Below are positions 20,813 through 30,309 of a stretch of DNA of 64,000 nucleotides, in pieces (positions within the stretch are counted from its first letter, which is position 1; each line of letters starts with the position of its first letter). The DNA is from an uncultured Gammaproteobacteria bacterium. GTDB taxonomy: Bacteria > Patescibacteriota > Microgenomatia > UBA8517 > JACQJR01. The stretch lies in contig CAYTZB010000002.1 of assembly GCA_964442455.1 (NCBI GenBank), positions 11,159-75,158 of the forward strand, read 5' to 3'. The notes beneath the pieces are model-generated. The model saw only the letters and a list, made by a program, of their open reading frames with translations, ran no database searches and was not told where the DNA came from. The translations under genes were made by a program, and so were the position numbers.

Positions 20813-22289
20813 ATCTCGCGGGGCTGGCACCGTGGCCGGTATACATAACCTGTGAAGGTTGGCCTTTGCCACAGTTTGGAGTACCCCAGACAATCCATTC
20901 ATCTTTACCACAAATCGCATCGCACGAGCGCCAAAACTTTGGCGTCATTCCTTGATAGGTTGGATTCTTGAGAATCTTCCCTAACTTTCCATTCTTAATC
21001 TCCCACCCAATTTCTGTCCCAAACTGGAAATTAAGCCGCCTATCATCAATACTCCAGCTTTTGTTTGTTGACATAAAAACTCCCCGTTTGGTGTCGGCTA
21101 TCAAATCTTCCAACTTCCAGGCCGAAGGTCCTGAGCTTGCCGAAGGAGGCTCCAAATTTACATTTGTCATTCGAATTAAAGGAATATACTCCCACCCTGT
21201 TGCCCTCATTGTCCCGTTGCTTCTCCGCCTCGGCTCGCCGACGCGAGACGGGCCCTTTCTTGACTTTCTTAAAATCTTATCTAAATACACTGCTGTCTCA
21301 CGTGACGTCAGATAATCCATAAAGATTCCATTTTTTACTAAAAAGGTTCTTTGGGCAGGAACTCCTTCATCATCGTAACCAAACGTCCCAAGTCCTCCCG
21401 GGATCGTTGCGTCAGCCGTTAAATTGACAATACGCGAGCCATAGCGGAATTTTCCCAATTTCTCAGGAGTCAAGAAACTGGTTCCCGCATAGGATGCCTC
21501 GTAACCCAACACCCTATCAAGTTCTGCTGCATGCCCACAGCTCTCGTGAATTTGAAGAGCAAGTTGATTGCTATCCAAGATAATGTCGTATTCGCCGGTA
21601 GGACATAAGGGGGCGTCAAGAAGCTTTACCGCCTCCTCTCCTACTCGTGGTGCATTTCCCACCAAATCCAACTCCCACACGAGCTCATATCCACGCGTTG
21701 CAAATTGCCCTCCATGCGAATTTGGATAACTTCGGTTTTGAAAATCCCCTTCTCCTGTTGCTGAGGCCTCAAGCCCTGCGCCAGTCCAAACAATTTCCTG
21801 TTCAATAAGAGACCCGTTTGTTGACGCAAAGGTCTTGTGTTCACGATGGGCAGAAAATGAGGTTTGGGAAATTACAATTCTCGGGTCAACCCGCTGCGCG
21901 TTATCAGCTGCCAAAAGTAGTTCAAGTTTTTCCTCAAGAGGAACTTTAAAGGGGTCTTCTTTTATCGGAGTCCTGTAGGTCGCTTTAATGGGAGTCTGTC
22001 GTGCCAACTCAACATCCTCAAGCTTATGTCGGGCAGAACTTTCTGCAATCTCAACTGCTCGCTTGATCGTCCTTTCAATTCCTCGCTTTGTAAAGTCATT
22101 TGATCCAGCAAATCCCCATGCCCCATCTTTTAGAACTCTTATTCCATACCCAAGTGATGTAGAAGACTCAAGTGCTTCAACTACTCCATCTTTTGTAGCA
22201 ATATTTTGCGACTCTTTCTCAATAATCCGCACATCAGCGTAATCTACTTTAGGTATAAGTGAGACGATATTCTTCGCTTCTCGCTTCAT
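20778..22289 (-). CDS. tldD: TldD family metalloprotease
   Basis: HESCGH, YDDEG, RMTN, CGKGQ. Confidence 0.93.
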   Translation of the reverse strand: MKREAKNIVSLIPKVDYADVRIIEKESQNIATKDGVVEALESSTSLGYGIRVLKDGAWGFAGSNDFTKRGIERTIKRAVEIAESSARHKLEDVELARQTPIKATYRTPIKEDPFKVPLEEKLELLLAADNAQRVDPRIVISQTSFSAHREHKTFASTNGSLIEQEIVWTGAGLEASATGEGDFQNRSYPNSHGGQFATRGYELVWELDLVGNAPRVGEEAVKLLDAPLCPTGEYDIILDSNQLALQIHESCGHAAELDRVLGYEASYAGTSFLTPEKLGKFRYGSRIVNLTADATIPGGLGTFGYDDEGVPAQRTFLVKNGIFMDYLTSRETAVYLDKILRKSRKGPSRVGEPRRRSNGTMRATGWEYIPLIRMTNVNLEPPSASSGPSAWKLEDLIADTKRGVFMSTNKSWSIDDRRLNFQFGTEIGWEIKNGKLGKILKNPTYQGMTPKFWRSCDAICGKDEWIVWGTPNCGKGQPSQVMYTGHGASPARFRKVKVGVVKW

Positions 22290-22352
22290 GTGCTCAATTG
22301 TACCTAATTTATATTTGGAAAACAAATTTAAAATGAGGTATAATTACATTGA

Positions 22353-22391
22353 GCCGAGGTGGCCAGTCTCGACTAGGCATCGAGCCTAGGA
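22353..22391 (+). pseudogene. possible 5' remnant of a second tRNA-Leu
   Basis: GCCGAGG-TG-GCC..GGC after its own TATAAT; complementary to CCTCGGC at 23240-23246. Confidence 0.45.
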
Positions 22392-22410
22392 GGGGTATAA
22401 TTAGTCAGTT

Positions 22411-22496
22411 GCCCGGGTGGCGGAATGGTTTACGCGCACGACTCAAAATCGTGTGGTCTTACGACCATGTGGGTTCGACTCCCGCTCCGGGCACCA
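22411..22496 (+). tRNA. tRNA-Leu(CAA)
   Basis: GCCCGGG/TCCGGGC acceptor stem, CACGA-CTCAAAA-TCGTG anticodon arm, long variable arm, GTTCGA T-loop, ACCA end. Confidence 0.95.
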
Positions 22497-22502
22497 GGAG
22501 AA

Positions 22503-23222
22503 ATGCCCAAACCCAAACTGCCGCTCAAAACCTTTTCATGGTCTCCTAACTTAGCTTATATTATTGGTCTCTTAGTTACAGATGGAAATCTCTCAAACGA
22601 TGGCAGACATATAATTATGCGATCTTCAGACAGAGACCTTCTTGAAACTTTCAATTCTTGTCTCGATTTAAAGAATAAAATTTCGGAAACAAAAAATAAT
22701 GGTTTCGCAAAACGACCAAGTTACAGAGTTCAATTTGGTAATATCCAATTCTATAAATGGCTAGTTAAAATAGGACTGGCACATAAGAAAACATATAATG
22801 TTGGGGAAATAAAAATTCCCGATAAATACTTTAGAGACTTTTTGAGAGGGCATCTAGATGGAGATGGTACAATTCTAACCTATGATGATAGGTATAATAA
22901 ATACCGAGGGAGAACATATGTAAATCTTAGGGTTTTCCTTTATTTTATTTCTGCAAGCCGTACTCACATTGACTGGCTTATAAGGAAAATCCGAGATCTT
23001 ACTAAAGTAAAAGGATCACTCACATGTAGTAAACCTGTAAAATCTAACCGAGTGCCTATGTGGAGGATAAAATTTTCAAAAAAAGAGGCTGTAAAAATAT
23101 TGCGATGGATGTATTATCAAGAAAATCTTCCTTGCTTGGAAAGAAAAAGAGAGCTCGTGAGGAAGATTTTTAACCTTGTAGTAAATGAAAAGAGGAGAAA
23201 GTATTCCAGAATTACAAGTTAA
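22503..23222 (+). CDS. free-standing double-motif LAGLIDADG homing endonuclease
   Basis: AYIIGLLVTDGN and DFLRGHLDGDG motifs; AGGAG RBS overlaps the tRNA 3' end. Confidence 0.88.
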   Translation: MPKPKLPLKTFSWSPNLAYIIGLLVTDGNLSNDGRHIIMRSSDRDLLETFNSCLDLKNKISETKNNGFAKRPSYRVQFGNIQFYKWLVKIGLAHKKTYNVGEIKIPDKYFRDFLRGHLDGDGTILTYDDRYNKYRGRTYVNLRVFLYFISASRTHIDWLIRKIRDLTKVKGSLTCSKPVKSNRVPMWRIKFSKKEAVKILRWMYYQENLPCLERKRELVRKIFNLVVNEKRRKYSRITS

Positions 23223-23233
23223 ACGAATTGGCC

Positions 23234-23250
23234 TCCCTCCCTCGGCACAA
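23234..23250 (+). pseudogene. possible 3' tRNA remnant
   Basis: T-CCCTC-CCTCGGC-A-CAA resembles T-stem strand + acceptor strand + discriminator. Confidence 0.5.
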
Positions 23251-23251
23251 A

Positions 23252-23512
23252 TTATTCAATTCCGATAATTTGAAATCCGTATCTTTCTATATTTTTCCTG
23301 GGCCAGAATTTTAAATCATTAGTGCGAAGAACAACTGTGACTTTCTTCTTTAACTTTCTTCCCGTATATTTATTTGTTTTCGGATTCCACTCTTCTAAAA
23401 TCAAAATATCTCCTGTTTTACATTTAAAATCAGCAAGCCGCACATCGAATTTTTTCCTCCCTCTCACTACTTCTTTAAAGAACTCTGGCCAAATTTTCTT
23501 CTTAATAATCAT
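23252..23512 (-). CDS. ASCH/DUF3850-like protein
   Basis: KIWPEFF..GRKKFDVR..GDILILEEW..YTGR. Confidence 0.8.
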   Translation of the reverse strand: MIIKKKIWPEFFKEVVRGRKKFDVRLADFKCKTGDILILEEWNPKTNKYTGRKLKKKVTVVLRTNDLKFWPRKNIERYGFQIIGIE

Positions 23513-24012
23513 GCCTTCTTTACATACTCCCTAATCGCCTCTTTCAAACAATTGAAAGCGATTTTCTCAAATGGAATTTTATTGGGCGGGAAAAAAGCAA
23601 TTTGAGAAAACTCTTCATGAGAAGACGCTATTTGAACATTTCTAAGCTTCCCATAGAAAACAAAACACAAACTAGGAAAATTCATTCCTTGGTAAAAATA
23701 TTTATCCGGATAAGAACCGAGATATTTAAATTCGGCAATATTTATTCCTAGCTCTTCTTTTATTTCCCTCTCAACCGACTCTTCAATATTCTCACCCACG
23801 TCTACAAATCCACCGGGTAAATCCCAATAACCTTTCTTTGGTTGTTTTTTTCTTTTCAAAAATAATATCTCCCCTTTTTCGTTCTCCAGAATCAGTGCAT
23901 TAGCCGGCTTGGGATTGATATAAAAATGGAAATCGCATCTTTTACAAATAAGAAGATTGGGGCCAGAACGCTCCAACTTTCCCCCACAGTTATAACAATA
24001 TCTATATGCCAT
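23509..24012 (-). CDS. NUDIX hydrolase with zinc ribbon
   Basis: CYNCG..CKRC; GGFVDVGENIEESVEREIKEELG Nudix box. Confidence 0.9.
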   Translation of the reverse strand: MAYRYCYNCGGKLERSGPNLLICKRCDFHFYINPKPANALILENEKGEILFLKRKKQPKKGYWDLPGGFVDVGENIEESVEREIKEELGINIAEFKYLGSYPDKYFYQGMNFPSLCFVFYGKLRNVQIASSHEEFSQIAFFPPNKIPFEKIAFNCLKEAIREYVKKA

Positions 24013-24021
24013 ACTCGAATT

Positions 24022-25353
24022 TTACTCCTTTGCCCTTTTTGTTTCTCGTGGGTAAAAACGAATACGGTCGCCGCGGAAGAAGAGTTTCACTTGTCCCAAG
24101 GGACCGTTTCTGTGCTTGGCAATATCAAGATTAATATTTTCTACATCATCCTCGTCTTCACGCCAGATAAACATCACCACGTCAGCATCCTGCTCAATCG
24201 CTCCTGACTCCCGAAGATCAGCAAGTTGCGGCCGTCGCGTTCCCCGCTGTTCAACTGCCCGAGAAAGTTGAGAAATGGCAAGGATTGGAATTTTGAGCTC
24301 CCGTGCTAAATTCTTCAAGCCTTGCGAAATCTCCGACACCTCTTGCACCCTGTTCTCAAGTTTTCTACCTGCAACTAACTGTAAATAATCAACAATTAAA
24401 AGTTCTATTCCCTGTTCAACCTGCAGCCGCCGCCCCTTCGTTCTCATCTCAAGCACCGTGAGTGCGGGCGTGTCGTCAATAAAGAGCGGCGCCTCAGCAA
24501 GCATTCCCATCGCATCGGAGAGTCGCGTAAAATCCTCATCGGTGAGCCGTCCGGTCTTCAGTCGCCATGCATCAATATCCGCTTGCGAGACAAGGAGGCG
24601 GTCTACTAATTCCTCTTTGCTCATCTCAAGCGAGAAAATTCCCACCGATTTTTTTTCATTCACTGCAACATGCTGGGCAATATTGAGGGCGAGTGCGGTT
24701 TTCCCAATACCAGGACGTGCCGCGAGGATAACTAAGTTGCTGCGTTGAAATCCTGCCAAGGTATTGTCAAGGTCGGAAAAACCCGATGGTACTCCGCGAA
24801 GTCCCCCGGGCGACTTGTGTAGCTCATCCAGCCGATCGAAACTCTCGGCAAGTGCCTCACGAACGGGCATGAAACTTCGTGCTAAATGACGCTGGGTTAG
24901 CGAGAAAACCTCTTGCTCTGCGCGGTCTAAGAGTTCCTCAGCCGAGGTTCCCTCGTCAAATGCAAGCTCAACCAACTTTGTTGCCGCACTCATTAATGTC
25001 CGTTTTGTTGCCACATCTTTGACAATTTTCCCATAATGTTCAACATGCGCAGCAGTTGGCACTTGATTTACCAACTCACCCAAGTAACCCACTCCCCCAA
25101 CTTGGCGCAATGCCCGATTTTTCTTGAGTTTTTCAGCAACTGTTAAAACGTCAATAGGAACTCGTTCTTCATAGAGGTCAAGGATTGCGGTAAAAATCTT
25201 TGCATGGCGCTCATCGTAGAAGTGATGAGGTGCAAGAAATTCAGCAACCGAGATGACCGCATCTTTATCAAGAAGCAACGCCCCCAGCACCGAGATTTCC
25301 GCTTCTCGGGAGTGAGGTGGGATTTTAACTGTTTGGGAACCTCCGTTGGCCAT
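24022..25353 (-). CDS. dnaB: replicative DNA helicase
   Basis: PPHSREAE, ARPGIGKT, IVDYLQL, DLRESGAIEQDAD, KHRNGP; no intein. Confidence 0.97.
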   Translation of the reverse strand: MANGGSQTVKIPPHSREAEISVLGALLLDKDAVISVAEFLAPHHFYDERHAKIFTAILDLYEERVPIDVLTVAEKLKKNRALRQVGGVGYLGELVNQVPTAAHVEHYGKIVKDVATKRTLMSAATKLVELAFDEGTSAEELLDRAEQEVFSLTQRHLARSFMPVREALAESFDRLDELHKSPGGLRGVPSGFSDLDNTLAGFQRSNLVILAARPGIGKTALALNIAQHVAVNEKKSVGIFSLEMSKEELVDRLLVSQADIDAWRLKTGRLTDEDFTRLSDAMGMLAEAPLFIDDTPALTVLEMRTKGRRLQVEQGIELLIVDYLQLVAGRKLENRVQEVSEISQGLKNLARELKIPILAISQLSRAVEQRGTRRPQLADLRESGAIEQDADVVMFIWREDEDDVENINLDIAKHRNGPLGQVKLFFRGDRIRFYPRETKRAKE

Positions 25354-25358
25354 ATACT

Positions 25359-25481
25359 AAAATTGACCTAATTAACCTAATTTCTAATTTTGAGCAAAAG
25401 CGAAAAACAAGCTCTGCTTATTGACCTAAATTGGGGTATTTGGAAATTGGGATTTGATTAGAAATTAGTAATTAGAAATTT
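25359..25481. repeat. dispersed AT-rich periodic element, copy 1
   Basis: AATT(G/A)ACCT and AATTAGA units; related to 29816-29897, 32620-32739 and 58688-58755. Confidence 0.75.
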
Positions 25482-26140
25482 TAAGATTTTCTCTCCAAAA
25501 TCACAAGTTCCATCTCCTCGGGAATAGTATCTGGTTTTGCTTGATAGGAGGGCATGTGTTTTGGTGTTATTCCCAGCACTTTTACAAACTCCTCAACATT
25601 TTGCAATTTCTCAAATACTTCGGGTAGCAATCCCGGTATTTGATAATGCATAGGAATTACTACTTTTGGTTCAATTTGGGCTACCACTTGCGCGGCTGTT
25701 TCCGGCCCTATCGTATAAAACCCCCCTACCGGCACTAAGAGTATATGCACGTCTCCAATCTCAGATACTTGCTCTTCAGACAGTTTATGACCTAAATCCC
25801 CCAGGTGCGCCAGACGAATGTTGTCAAGTTCTATGACAAATATAATGTTATTCCCCCGCTCCCGACCATCAGACACGTCATGCCACGTCTTTACCCCCCG
25901 TATATTTACACCTCGCACTTCATATTCTCCGGGAGCTCGGATGACTTTGGGAGGAGCAGCTATTCCCGCTACCCCCTCGACATTGTTATGATCCTTATGT
26001 TCATGCGATACCGTCGCTATATCAGCAGTTACCCGGGGCATCGACAATCCTACCATCTCTTTTGCAAATGGGTCCGTTACCACAGTCACACTCTTCCCTC
26101 TTATCCGAAATGATGCATGACCCAGCCAAGTAATATCCAT
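25481..26140 (-). CDS. MBL-fold metallo-hydrolase
   Basis: WLGHASF, DP, SHEHKDH, HLGDLG, PMHY. Confidence 0.9.
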   Translation of the reverse strand: MDITWLGHASFRIRGKSVTVVTDPFAKEMVGLSMPRVTADIATVSHEHKDHNNVEGVAGIAAPPKVIRAPGEYEVRGVNIRGVKTWHDVSDGRERGNNIIFVIELDNIRLAHLGDLGHKLSEEQVSEIGDVHILLVPVGGFYTIGPETAAQVVAQIEPKVVIPMHYQIPGLLPEVFEKLQNVEEFVKVLGITPKHMPSYQAKPDTIPEEMELVILERKS

Positions 26141-26259
26141 ATATAAAGTATCTACCAACTACAGCAAAAGTAGACTACCACAAGAGGTGTTTGCTTGACA
26201 AGGGGGGGAAGTAACAGCTATCATCCTAACTAGCCCTATTGGTATGTAGGGCCTTTACC

Positions 26260-26679
26260 ATGCGTAAAGAGGTACTTATTGCGATACTACTGGGAGCTAC
26301 ATTGGGACTTGCAATCGCATTCGGGGTATATAGAGCAAACCTCGCACTCCGATCTACCCCCACTACTACTCAAGCAACACCTGCACCAACATCCGCTCCT
26401 TCTTCTAGTACACTTACTATCACTCAGCCAGAGGACGAGGCGCTCGTTGATACCGACAGCATCACTGTTGAAGGTAAAACAGCACCTAACGCAACAGTGG
26501 TAATTACTAGTCCCGTTGACGAGGTCACTGCGCTCGCCGATAACAGCGGCACATTTCGTGCAGAGGTAAAATTGGAACCAGGGGCAAATGCACTTTTGGT
26601 AACTTCATTTGGGGAAGACAATAACTCTGTTGAAAAAGAGCTCACCATAACGTATTCAACGGAGTTTAAGAAAGAATAA
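26260..26679 (+). CDS. membrane-anchored Ig-like domain protein
   Basis: TM, T/P/S linker, LTITQPED..VEGKT..G.F..L.PG.N. Confidence 0.7.
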   Translation: MRKEVLIAILLGATLGLAIAFGVYRANLALRSTPTTTQATPAPTSAPSSSTLTITQPEDEALVDTDSITVEGKTAPNATVVITSPVDEVTALADNSGTFRAEVKLEPGANALLVTSFGEDNNSVEKELTITYSTEFKKE

Positions 26680-26681
26680 TT

Positions 26682-27416
26682 ATGAAAGTATCAAGCCTAA
26701 TAATTGGATTATTGGTTTATTGGATTATTGGTTTATTCTCCTTGGCCCACGGCCAAGAACAGGATGCAACCCAACCCGGCAAAAGCATCCGGGATAATTT
26801 GCGAGAGCGGGTAGAGGAACGGCTCGCGCAGCTTTCCCAAAAACCTCGCGCATTTGTGGGTAAAATTACCCAAATCACAGACGGCTCTTTAATGCTTACG
26901 ACAAGAACGGGAACGAAACAAGTAAAAGTTAAAGAAGATGCAATAATACTCCAAGTAGGAAACAGGGGACAGAAAACCGTTAAACCGAGTGATTTAGCAC
27001 TCGAAAATTTTGTGATTGCGATGGGAATACTTGAGGATAAAGATACCTTGAACGCCAGTCGGATTTTGATGAGCACCGAGAATCCTCTTCTCCCCCGTCG
27101 TCCTGTTTATGGGGTGGTCCAGGAAACAGGAAGCGGAACGCTGGTGGTAAAGCACCCAAAAAAGGAGGATGAAGCGTGGACAATAAAGTTCTCTTCCTCA
27201 ACGCGTGTGAGCGCAAAAGTTGATACTAAGATAGAGAAAGTAAATGCGAACACAATTGAAGTTGGTGACCGAATTATTGCGGTCGGAAGCCTGGTAAGCG
27301 GGTCTGTCAATACTATTACCGCCAAGCTCATTCATGTTATTCCCGGTAAGGCAACAGGACTTCTTTCACCTGAACCATCGCCATCACCTACCCAAAAACC
27401 AAGCCCAACACCATAA
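26682..27416 (+). CDS. exported protein with two DUF5666-like OB repeats
   Basis: signal peptide; repeated G.I..I..L..G..V.A.G pattern. Confidence 0.65.
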   Translation: MKVSSLIIGLLVYWIIGLFSLAHGQEQDATQPGKSIRDNLRERVEERLAQLSQKPRAFVGKITQITDGSLMLTTRTGTKQVKVKEDAIILQVGNRGQKTVKPSDLALENFVIAMGILEDKDTLNASRILMSTENPLLPRRPVYGVVQETGSGTLVVKHPKKEDEAWTIKFSSSTRVSAKVDTKIEKVNANTIEVGDRIIAVGSLVSGSVNTITAKLIHVIPGKATGLLSPEPSPSPTQKPSPTP

Positions 27417-27427
27417 AATCGAAAAAA

Positions 27428-27904
27428 ATGGCTAATGTACCCCCAAAAGCTACTACCAGGGTAGCACTGAACAATAGTCTAATCGCTATTACCATCGGCG
27501 TATTTTTTCTAACAATCAATTTAAAACAAGAACTTCTACTACCAAGAGTTTTGATTTTGCAGTTTATTTTGGCAATACCACTGCTTTTTACTTCATCGCT
27601 AGCATACTCAAAGGTTGGTTATAGGGACAAAATAGAAAGGTGGAATAAACTGGCATGGATAACATTTATACTAGGCTATGCGTTTATACTGAATGTGATA
27701 GGTATTTTCGTGGGGAATATTATCGGTACCTTAGAGTCTATTGTATTTTTTATAATTACCTGGGTTCTGGTAATAATATACTCTTTAGTTGATCTAAGCT
27801 ACAAACAAACTGTATTACGAGAAAGATTGGCTAAGGACAGTATTTTTATTCTAATACAACTTATTCTGGGAATGCTTCCGACTTTAGGAGTAATCTCTTT
27901 CTAA
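27428..27904 (+). CDS. membrane protein
   Basis: AT-rich, ~5 TM segments. Confidence 0.65.
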   Translation: MANVPPKATTRVALNNSLIAITIGVFFLTINLKQELLLPRVLILQFILAIPLLFTSSLAYSKVGYRDKIERWNKLAWITFILGYAFILNVIGIFVGNIIGTLESIVFFIITWVLVIIYSLVDLSYKQTVLRERLAKDSIFILIQLILGMLPTLGVISF

Positions 27905-27936
27905 ATCCTTAAAAACAAGCTATCATAAAGTTAACT

Positions 27937-28857
27937 ATGCAAAAAGCACCGCCGACACCGAAGGGATTTCGCGATATTCAACCAGAACTTGCGAAAAAAC
28001 GTCGAGGCGTCATTGGAAAAATTGTTGAAGTTTTAGAGGAGTTTGAATTCGTCCCCATAGAAACACCAACTATTGAATTTGCAGAGACCTTAAAGGGAAA
28101 GTATGGTGAGGAAGAGCGGCTTATCTATCAATTCAAAGACCGTGGTGGAAGAGAGTTGGCCTTGCGGTATGACCTGACTGTCCCACTTGCTCGTTATGTA
28201 GCAACGTATCATCCTCCACTTCCATTTCGCCGATACCAAATAGGGCAAGTATTCCGAGGAGAAAATCCTCAAAAAGGCAGATTTAGAGAATTTACTCAGC
28301 TTGACTTTGATACTGTGGGATCGGAAAGAATGGTAGAGGATACAAAGATTATCGCAGCAGCCCTGAAAATTGCCCGACATCTTGGTCTTAAAAATGCCAA
28401 GATGTTCATCAATCACAGAGTTAATTTCGAAGGTATACCAATAGATTTTGTAAGAGCAATTGACAAGATTTACAAGATAGGAATGGATGGAGTCAAAAAA
28501 GAACTCTTAGCTAAAAAATACGAAGAAAAAGACATTAATAACTATATTGAAAAGGTTACAGAGAAGCTAAGAGAAAATATCAACACTCCCAGCTTTGATC
28601 TTTTCAAGATTAATACCCAGCTACAAGATGAATATAAACTTACACTTGGACAAGATTATGACTTTGATGCAAATTTGGCGAGAGGTTTAGATTATTACAC
28701 GGGAACAATCTTTGAATTAAAACCAAACAGCAACCCTGAAAGTCTCACTATCGGCGCGGGTGGCAGATATGATAATTTAATCGGAATGTTTTCTAAAAAA
28801 CAGGTTCCCGCTGTTGGATTTTCATTCGGAGTTGACCGCCTCATCGAAGTGATATAG
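27937..28857 (+). CDS. hisS: histidyl-tRNA synthetase lacking the C-terminal anticodon-binding domain
   Basis: PKGFRD, LRYDLT, RGENPQKGRFREFTQ, RGLDYYTG, GGRYD, GFSFGVDR then stop. Confidence 0.85.
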   Translation: MQKAPPTPKGFRDIQPELAKKRRGVIGKIVEVLEEFEFVPIETPTIEFAETLKGKYGEEERLIYQFKDRGGRELALRYDLTVPLARYVATYHPPLPFRRYQIGQVFRGENPQKGRFREFTQLDFDTVGSERMVEDTKIIAAALKIARHLGLKNAKMFINHRVNFEGIPIDFVRAIDKIYKIGMDGVKKELLAKKYEEKDINNYIEKVTEKLRENINTPSFDLFKINTQLQDEYKLTLGQDYDFDANLARGLDYYTGTIFELKPNSNPESLTIGAGGRYDNLIGMFSKKQVPAVGFSFGVDRLIEVI

Positions 28858-28898
28858 TTATTACTCATATATTCATATATGAATAGAAACATGCCCTC

Positions 28899-29822
28899 AT
28901 GACCAACTCACGACTTACTGCCTACGTAATGCTCTTTTTTACAGCCGCAATTTGGGGTATTGCAACACCAGTTATTAAATTTACTCTTCATGATTTTTCA
29001 CCTGTTTTATTCTTAACCTACCGCTTTTTTCTTACCTCTCTTGTTCTTTTACCAATTCTGGGATTCACCCATCATGATTTCAATATTAAAAATCATCTTA
29101 ACAAACGGGAGTTGTTCGCTTTTGTACTCGTTGCCCTTTTGGGGAGCACCATTAATTTAGGTCTCCTCTTTTGGGGACTTGAGCACACTACCGCAATTTT
29201 TGCTTCACTCCTTAGCGACATCAGTCCTATTTTCGTTGTTGTTGCAGGCGTAATTTTTCTGAAAGAACGAATTAGCAGCTTAGAAAAAATCGGTCTTGGT
29301 ATTGCGTTCACCGGAGCAAGCGTACTTACATTCTCGCCTTCTATTGCCGACGGAAATTCAACTGTGTTTGGTAACCTTTTAATTCTACTTGCTAACTTTG
29401 CCTGGGTAGCCTATGTCATCCTCGCAAAAATAGAGCTCAAGCAACGTGTTTCTCCACTTTTGCTCGTAACGAGTTCTTTTCTTTTAGGGTTTATCACTAT
29501 GTTGCCGCTTGCTATTTGGCAAACAGGATCACTTGCTGCTCTTATTTCATTTATTGCACAACAACCACTCGCTTCTCATGCGGGCGTATGGTATATGGCC
29601 ATCATCTCAGGTGCTCTTGCATACTGGCTTTTCCAGGAAGGGCAACGAAGAGTTGAGGCAGGCGAAGCAACAATTTTTATGTATCTTTCGCCTCTTTTTG
29701 CAATTCCACTTTCAGTCATCTGGCTCCATGAAACAATTACACTCCCGATTATTATTGGCGCAACAATTACAGTGATAGGAGTGGTAATTGCTGAATACAA
29801 GAGAAGAAGGAAATCAAATTAA
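28899..29822 (+). CDS. DMT/EamA transporter
   Basis: 10 TM, two EamA repeats. Confidence 0.9.
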   Translation: MTNSRLTAYVMLFFTAAIWGIATPVIKFTLHDFSPVLFLTYRFFLTSLVLLPILGFTHHDFNIKNHLNKRELFAFVLVALLGSTINLGLLFWGLEHTTAIFASLLSDISPIFVVVAGVIFLKERISSLEKIGLGIAFTGASVLTFSPSIADGNSTVFGNLLILLANFAWVAYVILAKIELKQRVSPLLLVTSSFLLGFITMLPLAIWQTGSLAALISFIAQQPLASHAGVWYMAIISGALAYWLFQEGQRRVEAGEATIFMYLSPLFAIPLSVIWLHETITLPIIIGATITVIGVVIAEYKRRRKSN

Positions 29823-29897
29823 CCTAATTAACCTAAATTTAGACATTAGGTCATTGAGATTTATTTAGAAATTAGGAATTAGAATAATTAGAAATTG
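29816..29897. repeat. dispersed AT-rich periodic element, copy 2
   Basis: AATTAACCT x2 ... AATTAGAATAATTAGAAATT. Confidence 0.7.
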
Positions 29898-29932
29898 AAT
29901 TTAGCCTTAGTTTCTGGTAATATATACTTACT

Positions 29933-30256
29933 ATGAAAGCAGCAATTCATCCCCAATGGTATTCGGAGGCGCGAGTTACGTGTGGTAGCTGCGGAACAAC
30001 GTTTACCGTGGGATCAACGGTTCCAGAAATCCACGTTGAAGTATGTTCCAATTGCCATCCATTCTTTACTGGCGAGGCAAAGTTTATTGACACAAAGGGG
30101 CGCGTTGACCGATTCCGAGAACTGCAAGAAAAGAAAGTTTCGCAAATCTTGTCAAAGAAAGAAAAAAGAAAACTAAAAAGGGAAAAGAGAATTAAAGAAG
30201 AGCTTGAACGACCGGAAAGCTTGAAAGAACTACGAAAAGTGGCAAATAAAAAGTAA
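29933..30256 (+). CDS. rpmE: 50S ribosomal protein L31 with C-terminal extension
   Basis: [28 protein letters not shown]. Confidence 0.95.
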   Translation: MKAAIHPQWYSEARVTCGSCGTTFTVGSTVPEIHVEVCSNCHPFFTGEAKFIDTKGRVDRFRELQEKKVSQILSKKEKRKLKREKRIKEELERPESLKELRKVANKK

Positions 30257-30309
30257 CATGTAACACGTTTTCATCCTTCCTGTTACTTGCCAACCATTAC
30301 CTACTAACC

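Noticed and set aside
22349-22549. ORF 22349-22549 and the extended LAGLIDADG start at 22425
   Set aside because: Both overlap the tRNA; the ATG at 22503 has a good RBS.
22411-23222. Group I intron or intein hosting the LAGLIDADG ORF
   Set aside because: The tRNA-Leu(CAA) is uninterrupted, there is no room for a group I core around the ORF, and there are no intein termini.
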